64,000 bases of DNA, from the NCBI RefSeq assembly GCF_009834535.1, contig NC_045697.1, positions 34,846,001-34,910,000 on the forward strand, given 5' to 3'. This document shows, piece after piece, positions 1-13,299 of this stretch (the stretch's first letter is position 1; the number at the start of each line of letters is the position of its first letter). Source of the DNA: Camelus ferus (Eukaryota). The translations under genes and the position numbers were made by a program. The notes under the pieces were generated by a model. The model worked only from the letters and a program-made list of their open reading frames with translations, made no database searches and was not told the DNA's origin.

Positions 1-1089
1 GACATTCTGTAAGTAACTGGCCTGATGCTCCAAAAACATCAAAGTCATGAAAGATAAAGAAAGCCTGAAGAGTTATTCCAGATGAAAGAAGACTAAAGCA
101 ACATGGCAGCTAGATGCAGTGTGTGATACTGGATTGGACTGGGTCCTGGACCAAAAAATTGTTTTTCTTTTGCTATGGATGACACCACTGGATAATTGGT
201 GATTTTGAATAATTTGCTCCAACTTGTTGCTTTTATTAAGAAGCCTCAGGATGCAAATTTAATATAAAATACTGTAAATGTCTGCACCTTTTAATGAGAA
301 GAAAAGCCAAAAGACATTGCAGTTTCATCTTGCTACTCCATGTGAATGATCCAATTCAAAAAGATAGTTCGCCATACTCTGCTCTCAAGAATTACGAACA
401 ATTCTGTCATAGTAAGACTGGCAGAGAATTTCTAATATACATAGGCCTTGTCTACAGAGTCCATATCATAAATTTGGGAACTATTGGTGGAAGCCCATTA
501 GCAGATAGACTATAAAGCTGAAAAAAGAAAAAGATGATTAATAAGGCTGTCAGAACCAAACGGCAGTGGGTTTCACAGCTCACTCCAGCTTCCAGGATTG
601 TACTTAGACACCGCAACAGTCAGTTAGTCCAGTGTCTTGGTTTTGATGCAGTCCTTCAAATTTAAACCTAGTGGAATTTTTGTGAAGATTAAGTATTACG
701 CCTTCCAGTTTTTGGATAGCATTCTTCATAATTTTTATGTAGTGACTGCAGTGTTTTAGATTTAGGTAAAGCGAGCTTGTTTTTCATTAACCATGTGATT
801 TGAAGTTAATTACTTGACTCTTTTGAGCCAAAGAGTTTTAATTTGTTAAATGATAAGATCAGACTTTCTTATCTTTGAGATTTTTTTCCAACTCTAGCTA
901 GATTGTTCTAGTTCTTTGATTAATAGTTAGATTATCAGTAAAAGTGGTATATTTCTTCTGAGACCAAAATAGAAAACCTATCTTCTTTAAAAGCAATTCC
1001 TTGTTACCTTGTTTTATAAAATATTTTAGTTGCATAAAAATGTATAGTTAAGAACCAAACAAACTTCTGTGTACCCATCATCCAGCTAA

Positions 1090-2310
1090 AATGTAGAAAG
1101 TACAGTTTTTCATCTATCATGTTGGCAAAAATCCTTCAGTTTGACAAAACATCTTATGGGCAAAGCTGCAGAGAAGCAGGCATTTTCCTATATTGCCCGT
1201 GGGAATGCAGAAATGGTATAAGGAGAATTTTGCAATTTCTAGCAAAATTACATATGCATTTAACCTTGGACACTATGACCACCTTTCTATAAAATGTATT
1301 CCAAAGATATTCAGACAGACGTACAAAACGATGTATGCACAAAGTTATTCATTGCTATTATTTGTAATAGCAAAAGATAAGGAACCATTCAAATGTCCAT
1401 TAATAAGGGACTGCTTTAAGAAACAACAGTACATTCATGTGATGAGTCCTATGCTGTGGTAAAAGATGCTCCATGAAATGCTATGGAATGTGCACAGTAT
1501 GCTACCTTCTGTGTAAGAAAGGGGACTATAAATACAAGTGCATGTGTGTATTTTTTTCAAGTAACAATAGAAGGACAAACCAAAAACCAATAAAAAATGG
1601 TTACCTATAGTGGAAAGAAAAAACTAGAAGCAAGGAATGGCAAATAAGCGTATGAAAGGATGCTCAACCCAGTGTGTCATTAGGGAATTGCAAATTAAAA
1701 ACAGCAATGAGATACCAATGCACACATATTATGATGGCTAAAATCTAAAACACTGACAACACCAAATGCTGGGGAGGATGTGGTGCAAACAGGAACTCAT
1801 TCACTTCTAGTGGGAATGCAAAATGGTACAGCCACTTTGGAAAACAGTTTGGCATTTTTTTTTTTTTTTTACAAAACTAAGCATACTTTTACCATACGAC
1901 CCAGCAATCACACCCTTTGGTGTTTACCTAAATGAGCTGAAAATGTATGTCCACATGAAAACCTGCACACAGGTATTTATAGCATTTTATTCATAAGCGC
2001 TAAAACTTAGAAACAACCAAGATGTCCCTCGGTAGGTGAGTGTATAAACAAACTGTGGTACATCTAGGCAGTGGAGTATTATTCAGCAATAAAAAGAAAT
2101 GAGCTATCAAGCCACAAAAAGTCATGGAGGAAACTTAAATGCATTTTGTTAAATGCAAGAAGGAAAATATGAAAAGGCTACATACTGTATGATTCCAATT
2201 TTATGAAATTCTGGAAAAGGCAAAACTATGGAAACAGTGAAAAAAAAAAAAAAGATCAGTGATTACCAGAAGTTCTGGGGAAGGAGGAGGTAGGAATGAG
2301 TAAGTGACAA
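1090..2310 (+). mobile_element. Old L1 fragments (ORF2 C-terminus and 3' UTR, two segments)
   Basis: Typical motifs gtgggaatgcaaaatggtacagccactttggaaa, gacccagcaat, aaacaaactgtggtacatc, catactgtatgattcca. Confidence 0.8.
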
Positions 2311-2719
2311 ATAGGGAGTTATCTATGGTTGCTAAAACCGTTAGGTGAAAGGTTGGTGAGGGACCGTATAATTATGTGTATTGATAGGTCATGTTGACCA
2401 CATTTGAACCTACTGATTGAAAACTAGCACTGTATTTTGATGTGATACAATAGAAAGTATACAGCACTGTGTATGAAATATCTTTGCCTAAGTAAATAAA
2501 CCTGAATCTAAACCATGCCTCTAAATTTAACCACAAGTTTATAAAACCATTCCATACTTATCTAGATGATAAAACTTGACAAGTCTGACTTTAGCTAGCT
2601 TGGAGAAGATGAGGAAGATGTGAAACTTTGCGAATGCTCACACTCTGCTGGTAGGCATGCAAATTGGCCCAAGCAGTTTGAGTTTGACAGTCCTTAATCT
2701 ATGGGGAAAGTCACCTTCT

Positions 2720-2737
2720 TGCCACTAGATGGTGCCT
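2720..2737 (+). promoter_or_regulatory. Candidate CTCF site
   Basis: tgCCACTAGATGGTGCct is a near-exact match to the CTCF core CCASYAGRKGGCRS (one mismatch), in apparently non-repeat sequence. Confidence 0.5.
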
Positions 2738-3039
2738 GTTGGCTTTTGAGTAGTTTATTGTCTTCTATTACGTTGCTCCACTTCACTAATTTACTCCCCA
2801 TCGTCATGGGAGGAAGGGACTGAGAACAAGCACTGGAGTCTTACCGAGAACTTGTAATCCTGACCCAGGCAGCCGTATCTGCTTTCTGCCTGTCGCACCA
2901 TGTTGGCAATGAGAGCACATTGCTGATGCTTTCTGTTTCCCCAAGCCACTTATTTTATTCAGTTGCTTAGCAATCTCTCTCTCTAATACTGTGTCAAGGG
3001 TATTTTTTCTGAAGAATATGTTTTTCAATATTTAATAGC

Positions 3040-4500
3040 TTCATTCTCTAATTTGTTTTTAGTTTGACATCAAAGTTATAGAAAATGGTACAAAGAAATT
3101 CTATATACCTTTCACACCAGACCCAGATTTCCTGCTTATTAATATTTCACATTCTCTCTCCTTTTCACTCTCTCTTTCCCTCCCCTTCTCATTATCTCAC
3201 ATATGTAAATATATCAGATATAAATTATGCATAATTCTCTAAGCCGCTGAAGAGTAAGTAGCAGCCACATTGCCCCATTGGCCTTATGAACAAGGACACC
3301 ATTCTACACAACTTCAGCATCCCTATCAAAATCAGGACAGTTTCTCAGGCTTTCCTTGTCTTTTGTAATCTTGGTATTTTTGAGGGCCAGGTACTTCGTA
3401 TGGCCTTCAGTTTGATTAGATTCAAGTTGTGTTTGGATGACAGGAATATCACAAATGTGATGCTGTGTTCTCAGTGCATCATATCAGGAGGCACGCAACG
3501 TCAGTGTGTCTTCTGGCTGCTAATACTAACTTTTCCCATTCTGTTTCTCCACTCAGAGCGAATTAATACATATTTTGTGGTCATTAATTAACACATAATT
3601 TATAAGCAGTTTGTGGGGAGATACTTTAGGACTATATAAACCTCCTTTTTCTCATCAAACTTTCACCCACTATTTTACCTGAATCCGTTATTTCTATGAT
3701 TGTTACTAAATGTTGATCTGTTAATTCCATTATTCTTTCTGCATTAATTAGCTGGCATTCTACCATAAAGTGAAGCTTTCCATTTATTTATTCATTTCTT
3801 TTTTAAAAAACTTTTTAAAAAGTTTTTGTTGTGTTTATTTATCGGATGGGGAGGTAATTAGGTTCCCCTATTTATTTATTTAATGGAAGCAGTGGGGGTT
3901 GAACCCAGCACCCTGTGCATGCCAGGCAAGCACTCTACCACTGAGCTATTCCCCTTTATTTATTCATTTCTTTATACCAATATGGACTCATGTATCCCTT
4001 TTTTATTCAATGATTTATAATCCATTATTATTTATTTTGATGCTCCAATCGTGCTCTGTTTGTCCAGTGGGAGCCCTTTCAGGTTAAATCCTTTGTCCTC
4101 TAATATGTTTGTAATATACTTTGGGAGCTTCCTTATTTCCTGGAGCAAGAAGATGTTTCAGACTTTTCTTTCCTTGGCACAGCGCTAGAACTGGCAGCTT
4201 ATCCAGTGAACTCTGGTTCCTTTTACTAAAGTATTTAGAGACCAAGATCTGGGTGTCATTGTTTGCAGGCCTCTTACCAAAAAGACTCAGGATTACTCCT
4301 ATATCTATACCTGTATCTATTCTAACATTCTCTCTCATTTGTATGTATAAACAACTCTGAGTTCACAGCAATACCTATAGTTCCAATCCAATACCCCAAA
4401 GTTTATTCCAGCCTTACCCCTTTCCATATTTGTACCCTCCTTCACTGACAAAATCATTGTCTCCCATCATCATTAATATATTTATTTTCTCTGTAAGTAA
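3040..4500 (-). mobile_element. Old L1 3' UTR remnant (L1MC/MD-like), host of the SINE at 3802
   Basis: aacaaggacaccattctacacaac, tatttagagaccaagatctgggtg, ttccaatccaatacc; boundaries approximate. Confidence 0.55.
3802..3954 (-). mobile_element. tRNA-derived SINE (camelid Vic-1-like)
   Basis: Minus strand gives ggggaatagctcagtggtagagtgcttgcctggcatgcacagggtgctgggttcaacccc (Pol III A and B boxes) plus an aataaat...aacctaattacctcccc tail. 19-bp TSD tttatttattcatttcttt at 3783-3801 and 3955-3973. Confidence 0.88.
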
Positions 4501-6247
4501 CCAATATTCAAAGTATCTCCTGCATCTCCTTGGCTGGCACTACCAAATCAAATCCACAGGTTACATCCTCAGCCCTGGCTCCCATACCTGCCAAGTATAC
4601 CATTTTAGTCCCCTGGACCCCAAATGGTCCCCAGTCATTTGTGATTCCTCCCTCCCCCTCACTGTGCACATATGATAAACCACCAAGCTCTGACTATCCT
4701 GCCTCCTAAATACTTCTTGAATCTGTCTCCTCTATATTCTTTAAGTGTGATTGTCTGACTAGGAAAACTGTACCAAGTGCCTAGCAAATCATCAGTGTCA
4801 TTGAGGGAGCGAGGATATTCTTTCTCCCTCTCCCTCTAATGTTTTTTGGATGATGACCAATTATTAAGGGTCTTAGTAACCATGGTTAAAGTGCAACATG
4901 TTCCCCACGTCATGCTTGCTCTCATCTCAATAATTATTGAGAGTGCCCAAAAGTCGAATATGAGGAGTTAAGTCTTGGTCCTGGCCCACAAAGTGAAGTG
5001 ATACTCATAGCAGAGCTGTTTCGATGGATGGATGGAGGAAGTGGCAGAAAGTAAGAGGCAGACAGCTATCAGTTCAGCCTCATTGGTGGCTTGGTATCTT
5101 CTAGCTTCCTAATCCCATTCTGCAACCTGAGTTTCTGCAGGTAAGTGAGAACACCTCAGTCTGATGCAGTGCCCTCTTTTCTAGTAATTTGATCCAGAAT
5201 TCCAGTTGACTGTACTTGTCTTTTAAATATTTTGCATTGTCAATGACCTTGCCTTATTATCACCTCAGAGTTGATCTAAGAGGTAGAGGTTCGGTAGGAT
5301 TGGGAAAAGCACCATTTCTTCTGATTATAAAAGAAATCATTGCATTCTAGAACTTTTGGGAAAATGAAAGTAAAATGAAGAAAACAGAACTCACCCGTAA
5401 TACCACAATTCTCTGATAAAATTTCTTCCAATTTTTTTCTATGCTCTTATACAACAAACTTGATATTATAATAGGTATTTACTTTTAGATCCTGTTTTTT
5501 TCTTAACATTACCATATAATCATTCTTTCATTTCATTTAAAAGTCTTTGAGAACATCATTAATGAAAACATAGATGTGTCCTAACATCCTAATTTTTACA
5601 TTGAGATTGTTTCCTGTTTTTTTATAGTTGTAAGTAATTCTGGGATCAACATTTGTGTACATAAATCTCTGTGCTAATTGACAGTTATATTCCTAGGTTG
5701 AACTACCAGATGTAGGATATCTGGTCAAAGTCTATGAATACAGTTAAGCTCCTGGAGCATATTGCCAAATTGCTTTCCAAGAAGCCTGCTGTGATTTACA
5801 CTTTTATCAGCCGTGTATAAGAGTGAATGCCTTCCTCACTCTGACACTGCATCTTAAAGGAGAGGATAAGAAGTAAGAACAGGATGATAGAAAAGGAGAT
5901 AAATGGAAAAGAGAGATCAAGTAGTCGCTTGAGGAAGAACATTCATTTCTAAGTTCTTTTTACACTAGGATGTGATGGTGATATGTAGCCATTTTGATTT
6001 TCTTGGGAGCCTTTTGCCTTGTCCAATGTACACGTCTAGGGAAACAGAAGATCCTAAATTCTAAGATACATTGGTGATGCTGGACATTCAGTTTTATCAC
6101 TTGGTCGAAAGGTGAAGGAAATTGAATTGGCCAGGCTGGACACTTTGGAGCATTCTGCCTGCCTCCTTTTCTCTAATCCTTTGCTTCTGACCAATCAACA
6201 AACCCAGCCATTCTGCCTTCTTCCTGTCACCGCCTCTTTGCTCCTAT

Positions 6248-6873
6248 TGATACAGGAAAAAAATAGGGCTTGGGAGGATGGCTGTGTCCCAGGCCCCAGA
6301 CGAGTCCCCAGAACGCACCCCAGCAAGTGACAGTCCTTGGCTTTATGCAAGAAAGAATTCAAGAACGCGCCATAGTTGAGTAAAAGTAGATTTATTTAGA
6401 GAGATACATACTCCAGAGACAGCGTGCAGGGTGTCTCAGAAGGCAAGAGAAAGGCCTAGGAGATACACATTCCATAGGCAGAATGCAGGCCATCTTACTC
6501 GGAAGGGAAGAGCAGCAGCCTCAGAGCATGGGGCTGCTTAGGAAAAAGGAGACCAGCCCGAGGTGTGGGAGTTGTTAGTTTTTATAGGCTTGGTAACTTC
6601 ATATGCTAACAAGTGGGAGGATTATTCCAACTTCTATAGGGATTTGCCTGGGATTCCCAGGAACTGGGCCAGTAACCACTTTTTGACCTTTTATGGTCGG
6701 CCTTGAAACTGTCATGGCACCCATGGGAGTACCATTTAGCATGCTGTTGTTTATTACAGTCAGTGTCTATTGACGCTCCAGGTCTCCTGGGAGTTGAATC
6801 TTCTACCATCTTGGTGCTAATTGCTGTGTCATTCTTTTAATGGCTGTGCCCTGCCCCCTTCCCTCCTGTCTCA
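6248..6873 (-). mobile_element. Solo ERV LTR (ERV1-class by 4-bp TSD)
   Basis: Ends TGATACAGG...CCTGTCTCA (terminal inverted repeat); TSD ctat at 6244-6247 and 6874-6877; minus-strand TATAAAA near 6580 and AATAAA near 6392. Confidence 0.88.
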
Positions 6874-7366
6874 CTATTAGCTTCTCTAGTTCAGGCTGTC
6901 CTCCTTCACTTGAATAAGTGTAATAGTCTCCTAACAGATCTCTCTCAAATCATCCTTTACTTAGCTAGAATCGTCTGTCAAAAGCACAGATCTAGCCATG
7001 TCATATCCCTGTTTAAGAACCCTCAAGGATGTCTCATTGCCTACAGAAAAAGGATCAAGCTCTTTATCCTGAAGACAATGGTCTGCTGACTTCTTTCCCA
7101 CCTGTCACTCCTGCTTCATCTCTTACTTCTTCCTGCCCTGAGCCTTATACTCCATTAATAGCAAGCTATTTATAGCTACTGCCCCAATACCATTCTGTTT
7201 CTTGTCTCTAATATGCTCATTCCTACTACTTAGCATACCTTCCTCCCTCCCTAAAAATGGCCTTAATTCTTTTCAAAAATAGTTATTGCCCCCTCCTTGG
7301 GGTAATATCATACTTCCCTGTCTCACAGCTATCAAACTTGGCCACATGATTTGTCTGGACTACGAA

Positions 7367-7932
7367 TGAAACAGAGCAGGACCCTGTGGGGTCCTCACTA
7401 GTACAAATCCTTTCTGTGTCCTCCAATTCTTGTTAGTAGGACACAGGGTTCATTCAGCCTCCTTGACCTTCCCTTGAGTTCCAAAGGGCAGATTCAAACA
7501 GTTGCTAATCAGGGAAGGGAGGAGATGTAAAGTCTAGGGAGGAACACTCAAGAAGCAATAGTGCAGCCTTGGGGCAGGGGCCTGGTTCCTTCTCAAAGAA
7601 TATACATAGCAATACCTTTGAGTTCTTCCGCAGAAACCAAGGCCCCCACCCAGGTGGAGGATGGCAGCTTCAGGCTGAACATGAGGTTCCTGGAACACTA
7701 TTAACTCACTACCAACCAATCAGAAGAAGGCCACACAACCTGCAGCCCTCACCCCAAATTTTGTCTGTAAGTAATTTTCCCAAAAAACCATCAGAGACTT
7801 GGGGGTTTTCAAGCGTGAGCCGCTGTCTTCTTTGCTTGGCCCAGCAATAAACCTTTTTCTACTCCAAACTCCAATGTTTTATTTTGTGTGGCCTTGCTGT
7901 GTATGGGGCACAAAAACTTTTGTTCTGTAACA
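7367..7932 (+). mobile_element. Solo ERV LTR nested in an older MaLR (MLT1-like) LTR
   Basis: TGAAACAGA...TCTGTAACA ends and AATAAA at 7846-7851. TSD is not clean. Flanks (about 7290-7366 and 7933-8075) resemble MLT1 (tgtaagccactg...ttgttactgcagca). Confidence 0.7.
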
Positions 7933-8149
7933 ATGGAGGCTGCTTCATCAGCCTGGGTCCTAAAGTGAGGACAATGTGGACATTCTGCAATGGCTATGAA
8001 TAAGAAATAGACCTTTGTTGCTGTAAGCCACTGGAGTTATTTGTTACTGCAGCATTAAGAATCCTGTCCTTGCTGATATACTGGCCATCTCCTAATCTTC
8101 CTTTCACCCAGGGTACTACCTCCACCAAGGCTCTGTAGTAGATGTGTCC

Positions 8150-8690
8150 TAGACGTATGGCTGCCCAGTACTTGATGATTCAAACTTCCTGTTTAAGGAG
8201 GCTGCCATTGCATGAGTTTTGGCAGGAGGCAATTTCTGCCTCCCACCAGGGGAGCCAGAAAGAGCTGATCCTTGTTCTCCCAGATTCCTCACAGGTGCAA
8301 AATAGGCATGTGACCTAAGGTCAGCCATTTGGAAGCTTTCCACAGGGGACTTTTGAGTCTTGATACAAGAAAGCAAGAACAGAATGTTATAGCACTATGT
8401 CTGTTGCTAGTGGCAGCAGCCAGTGTCCAGTGGAGTGTCAGCAGTGAGAGTGGAGTCAAGGGGTGTGACCTTGAGTGCCCAGAAGTGACAAGATAAGCAG
8501 ACTGTTCTGGTGTGATCTGGCTGTCTTCCAGACTGCCAAGTCCCCTCATTTCCTGCTCATTTTGTGAGCCAGCTTTTCTAGTTTTCCTAACGATTCTTTG
8601 TACCTAATATCGTCCAGTCAGTCTGTTTTCTTCTTAAATGACCCAGAGTTGTCTTCCATTGTCTGCAACCAAGAATCTTATTCCTACTAA
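8150..8690 (+). mobile_element. Old ERVL LTR (LTR16-like)
   Basis: 3' end cttaaatgacccagagttgtcttccattgtctgcaaccaagaatc resembles LTR16-family ends; boundaries approximate. Confidence 0.5.
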
Positions 8691-9152
8691 ATCCTGGGGC
8701 TCAAAATGACCTGATCTCCACATAGAGTCACATATTTAAAGCCCAATCCTGCCTCCAAAAAAACTTTAAAAGGAGTTCCAATCTCTAATTTCTCTGAAGA
8801 ACGTTAAAAGGGATCCCATTAATGAGCCATATTCCCCTGCATTTATTCGTGCTCTTCCTCACCCACCTCCACCCGAAAAGGTTTCTCACTCAGAGCTTCT
8901 CTAGAGCATCACACTCACAACCTCCCTACCTCTCCACACCTGAACTGCTCAACTCTGGGAGCTCTTTCCCTCTTACCATCTCTCTCTCCTAATTCTTTGT
9001 TATCTGAGATCATCTTACCTTGTCCTGTTAGATCCTTGTGTATTTTTATTTCACCAGACTTTGGTTCTCTCTACTCACTTTTTCAGTTCTGCATTATCAA
9101 TTCTGCAAAAGGTCTGGGAATCAAGCCAGCCAAGGTAAAACTCTCCTTAAAA

Positions 9153-9483
9153 TAGAGATGGCAAAATGGCAGCCCACAAGCCACACTCAGCCCTCCCTCC
9201 AATTTAATTTAAATTGTAGTGTGTTGCTGTTGTCTTTACTGAGTTGGTTTCCAACATATAACAGTGTGAGAATTGCACCTAAAAATCTGGATTTCCAGAT
9301 CTTATGAAAAAATCAGAAGACCTGGCAACACTAAGACCCTTTTCTCTATGGGAAGAATGAACCAGAGCTTGGTAGCAGTGTGTCTTTTAATGGGGCATCA
9401 CTCCAGTTCTCTATGACTCCCCCACTTTCCCTCACTTAAATTACCTTTCTGGCTCCTATAGGCATTTGAATTTGTCACCCCTG
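9153..9483. mobile_element. hAT-type DNA transposon remnant (MER102-like)
   Basis: Ends agagatggcaaa... and ...ggcatttgaatttgtcacccctg form a degenerate terminal inverted repeat; family name from memory. Confidence 0.5.
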
Positions 9484-9866
9484 CTCTATGTCACACCAGG
9501 AAGGTTAGGAAGCATCTGTGAGATGAAAGGCCATATCTTCTTTGAAGATGGGGCATCACATGAAAGAAAGGATATAAGAGGGGAACACTTAGACATTGCA
9601 AATCCTGTCCTGCCACAGTAGGACAAAGGGGGAGAGACTGATGAAAGAAGAGCACAGAGGCAAGTAAGGCAGCTTCAGAGAGTGTGGTGGGTAGGGAAGC
9701 AAGACAAATAGATTAAGGTGCCTGGCTGGTGAGAAGAATTAAAGTGCAATGCTTATAGTCTTCCACGAGCTTGTGTGTTGGAGGCTCTCCCTCTCCTCCC
9801 ACCCTCCAGTCTTGCTTGTCTTACTCCCTTCTCTGTAACTGAAAAGCATCATCCTTGATGTCCCTC

Positions 9867-10502
9867 TGAAGCAGGAGAGAAGGGGCAGGGCACAACTATT
9901 AAAAGAATGACACAGCAATTGAAGATAGGACAAAAACTGGTGAGAACCAAGATGGTGGGAGATTTAACTCCCATTAGACCTTGAGACACAAGATGGGGAA
10001 AGATTTGACTTCTGGTAGACCTTGAGCTTCATTATACGCTCATTGTAATATATTAGCATGGTAAATGACACACTGACAAATGCCATGACTGTTCTGAGGC
10101 TAACCATAAAAGGTCAAAAAGCAGGTGGTGGCCCAGTTCCTGGGAATCTCAGCCCCTTTCCTAAAGTAGTTGAAATAATCCTCCCACTTGTTAGCATATG
10201 AAATTACTGAGCCCATAAAACCTAACCAGCCCCACGCCTCATGGCTGGATCTCACTTTCCTAGAGAATCCCATGCTTTGGGGCCACCCCCTCCCCTTTTG
10301 CCTCTCGCCTCTCTAGATGGCCTGCATTCTGCCTATGGAGTGTGCATCTCTCTGAAAAAAAAATCTACCTTTACTCAACTATGGCTCACTTTTGCATTCT
10401 TTCCGAAATGAAGCCCAGGACCCTCACTTGGAGGGGTGCATCCCAGGGACTCACCTGGGACCTGGGACATGACCATCGTCTCCTGCCCATTTTCCTGTAA
10501 CA
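9867..10502 (+). mobile_element. Solo ERV LTR (ERV1-class), related to the LTR at 6248-6873
   Basis: TGAAGCAGG...CCTGTAACA ends; TSD cctc at 9863-9866 and 10503-10506. Shares ggggcagggcaca..attaaaagaatgacacagcaatt and aataatcctcccacttgttagcatatgaa with the reverse complement of the 6248 LTR. Confidence 0.88.
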
Positions 10503-11649
10503 CCTCCAAGCAGCAGAGGAAGAGATATAGCCCTCATAATTTAGAAGCAAACTGCATGTAGTTCTACTTTAAATGTATGAGGGAGAAAGCTTTTGAAAGG
10601 AATCATAAACTATTTCAAAAAGAATACCTTCCAAAGTTGGCTTATATTTCTTTTAATCCCAATTTTCATATGCCATGTTAGATATTTAAAGTTAGATGCA
10701 TGTAAATTATCAAACAATTGGGCTAAAGTTTCTTACACCAAACTTACTGTTTTTTTACAACTTTAAAGTTGTTCATTGAGAAAACTTACCTTGAGGTCTA
10801 TATCTCTATATTATATCTATAACTGTATGTGAAACAGAGTTTCAGCTCCTTAATACTCCACGATTGTGAGTGAAAATAAAATGGCAAGTTTCACACTGGT
10901 AGAGAAGAAACTTCTGGCAATAACTAAAGAAAAGAGGGAGTCAGTGAAACATTGGATTGTGAAGGCTCTCCACTTCAGCGAAATTCGCCCCTCTGGAAAG
11001 AATTCAGAAATTTTCATATTTATAGTATTATATCACCTTCAGGGAAGATCTAAGAGTTGACTATAGCTTAGAAGGAAAGGAAAAGGAGAGGAGAGTGGAG
11101 AGTGGAGAAATGCTGAGCTTCACCTTTGTTGCGTGCATTCAAAAGAGAGAATTGATAAATGGTAGATTTGGGTTACTTTACTATTCTGTTTAACTTCCAT
11201 TTCCTATGACCTTTCTTGGCATTTGATTCCCTTTTCTTGTAGTGCTTAGTTATTTTATATATTGTAACCATGGACAGCAAAATTTTTTACAAATTGATTT
11301 CTTGAAAGTAAAATGATATCACCATTGTGGAGATACTCAGTTAATTTGAAGATGTACATACCGTGTGACCCAGAAATTCCTCCTGTAGGCATAGACCCCA
11401 TAGAAATTCTTGCATATGTGCACAGAAAACCTGTACAAGAATGTACTTTCAGTATTGTTGGTCACAATCTCAATTAATAGTAGAATAGATAAATGAATTG
11501 TGGCCTATGCACACACAGAATACTGCACTGTAATGAAAAGGAATGAACTATGGCTTCATGTATCATTATGGGGGAATCTTGCAAATGTAATGTTGAGGGG
11601 AAAAGCAGATTGCAAAAGGAACAGTATTGGAGCATAACAGCATTTGAAA

Positions 11650-11860
11650 CAGTGTGGCATCGTCATGCAGATAGTCTAGAGCAGACTGCTGAATTCAAAC
11701 CTACCTCTATTATTTATTAACCGACCTTGTGACATTGGCCATCACTTACCCTCTATGGGCCTCAATTTCCTTGTCTATAAAGTGGGGATAGTAATTATTC
11801 CTACTTCACATGGTTGTTGTGAAAATAAAAATGAGTTAACACTAAAGTATTCAGAAGAAT
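11650..11860 (+). mobile_element. MIR
   Basis: Core gggcctcaatttccttgtctataaagtggggatagtaat. Confidence 0.8.
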
Positions 11861-12104
11861 ATGTGGTACCATTGTTTTTCATACAATGTACATTTCATAC
11901 CTGCAAAAAATACTGTATATTTTGTAAGAATGATACATGTTAGTAAACATATATGGGAATGAAAATACAAATTCATGATAGTGATTATCTCCTGGACAGA
12001 GGGATATTTCCTCAGCTGTGGTAGATGCACGATTTTTTAAATTATAATTCTTATTATGCCTTTGTGTATGACTGAGCTATTTCAGAATAAATTTTTTTTA
12101 CCAC

Positions 12105-12195
12105 TTTTTTTTCCCCTAATGGAGGTATTGTGGATTGAACACATGACCTCATTCATGCTAAGCATGTGCTCTCCCACTGAGCTGTACTCTCCCCT
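12105..12195 (-). mobile_element. tRNA-derived SINE (Vic-1-like), short form
   Basis: Reverse complement has a tacagctcagtggga A box, a degenerate gttcaatcc B box and an A tail. Confidence 0.8.
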
Positions 12196-13299
12196 CTCAT
12201 GATAAATTTTAAATCAAATAAATAAAATTTACTTTTAAAACTGTACATACAGCATAACCAAATTTCCCCCAAAAAATGGAAAATAGAGAAAAATTCACTC
12301 CAAATTACATCTTTAACCCACAAGTTAAAAATTAAGTAATTCTTTCAACATCTGAGTAAGGTTAGTGAGTAAGAATATTACTTTTGCAGCATTACTCATA
12401 ATAGCCAAAATCAACCCAAATGACCATCAGCAAGCAAGTGGATAAACAAAATGTTGAATATCCATATAATGGAAGGAAATTCAGCAAGAAAAAAAGCAAT
12501 GAAATGTTGATATATGCTACAACTTGGATGAAATTCAAAAACATTATGCACAGTAAAAGGAGCCAGACACAAAAGACCACATGTTGTATGATTCCATTTA
12601 TATGAAATGTCTACGAAAGGCCAAAAAAGTGCCAAAAATAGATTAGTGGTTGCCTGGGGCCGTTGGGGAGGAAACAAAGAGTGGCTGCAAATTAGCAGAG
12701 AGGATTTTTAGGGGGTGTTGGAAATGTTCTAGGACTGCATGGTGATGATGGTTGCACAACTTTGTGTATTACTTTGTATATTACTAAAATTCATTGAATT
12801 ATATACCTAAAATGGGTGAATTTTATGGTATGTAATTTATATGTCCCCAAAAAACTGTTTTTAAAAACAGTCTTCAAAGAAGAAGCACTTATGCCCAGGG
12901 GAGGGGGAGGGAATGTTATTTTAGTTTACAAACTTGAACATGGTTGCATATAAATCTGAGAAAGGACCCCAAACTGTACCCCCATTAAACTATGTCAGTA
13001 AAAACCCTCCAGATAGGTTGAGGTGGAGGCTGAAAGCAAAGGCATCTTTCTGTCAGGGTCTCTGGGAGGAGGCCACCTGGTAGGAAGCCCCCTACCAACC
13101 TTTTACAGACATAGTAGAAAAAAATAGTAATGGTGGCACCATCAGGAGAGCGCAATCTGGAGATGGTGCTCCTGGTTCTTTATGTTCTGTAGGTGGTTTG
13201 CAGGAAATTCAGAAGTTCTTGTATGCCTCAATTTGGGGAGGGCTGGCACCAAAGCCTGGGAAAGAGAATTAACTGAAAGAAGCCTGGAAATTGCAATCC

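Larger units (their letters stand above)
11320..12870 (+). mobile_element. Old L1 3' fragments (about 11320-12090 and 12385-12870) with MIR and SINE insertions
   Basis: gacccagaaattcctcc; agcattactcataatagccaaaa; ccagacacaaaagaccacatgttgtatgattccattta; aaaatgggtgaattttatggtatgt. Confidence 0.75.

Noticed and set aside
4210..4240. actctggttccttttactaaagtattt resembling U5 snRNA (5' end and loop I)
   Set aside because: The match is short, lacks the intervening stem and the Sm site, and sits inside an old L1 3' UTR with a similar native sequence.
6248..10502. A full provirus bounded by the two related LTRs
   Set aside because: The LTRs are in opposite orientation, each has its own TSD, and there is no PBS or gag/pol/env between them.
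12392..12677. Overlapping short ORFs (62-88 aa)
   Set aside because: They fall inside a decayed L1 ORF2 end / 3' UTR. Likewise, most other short ORFs in the track lie in L1, L2, MIR or LTR remnants.
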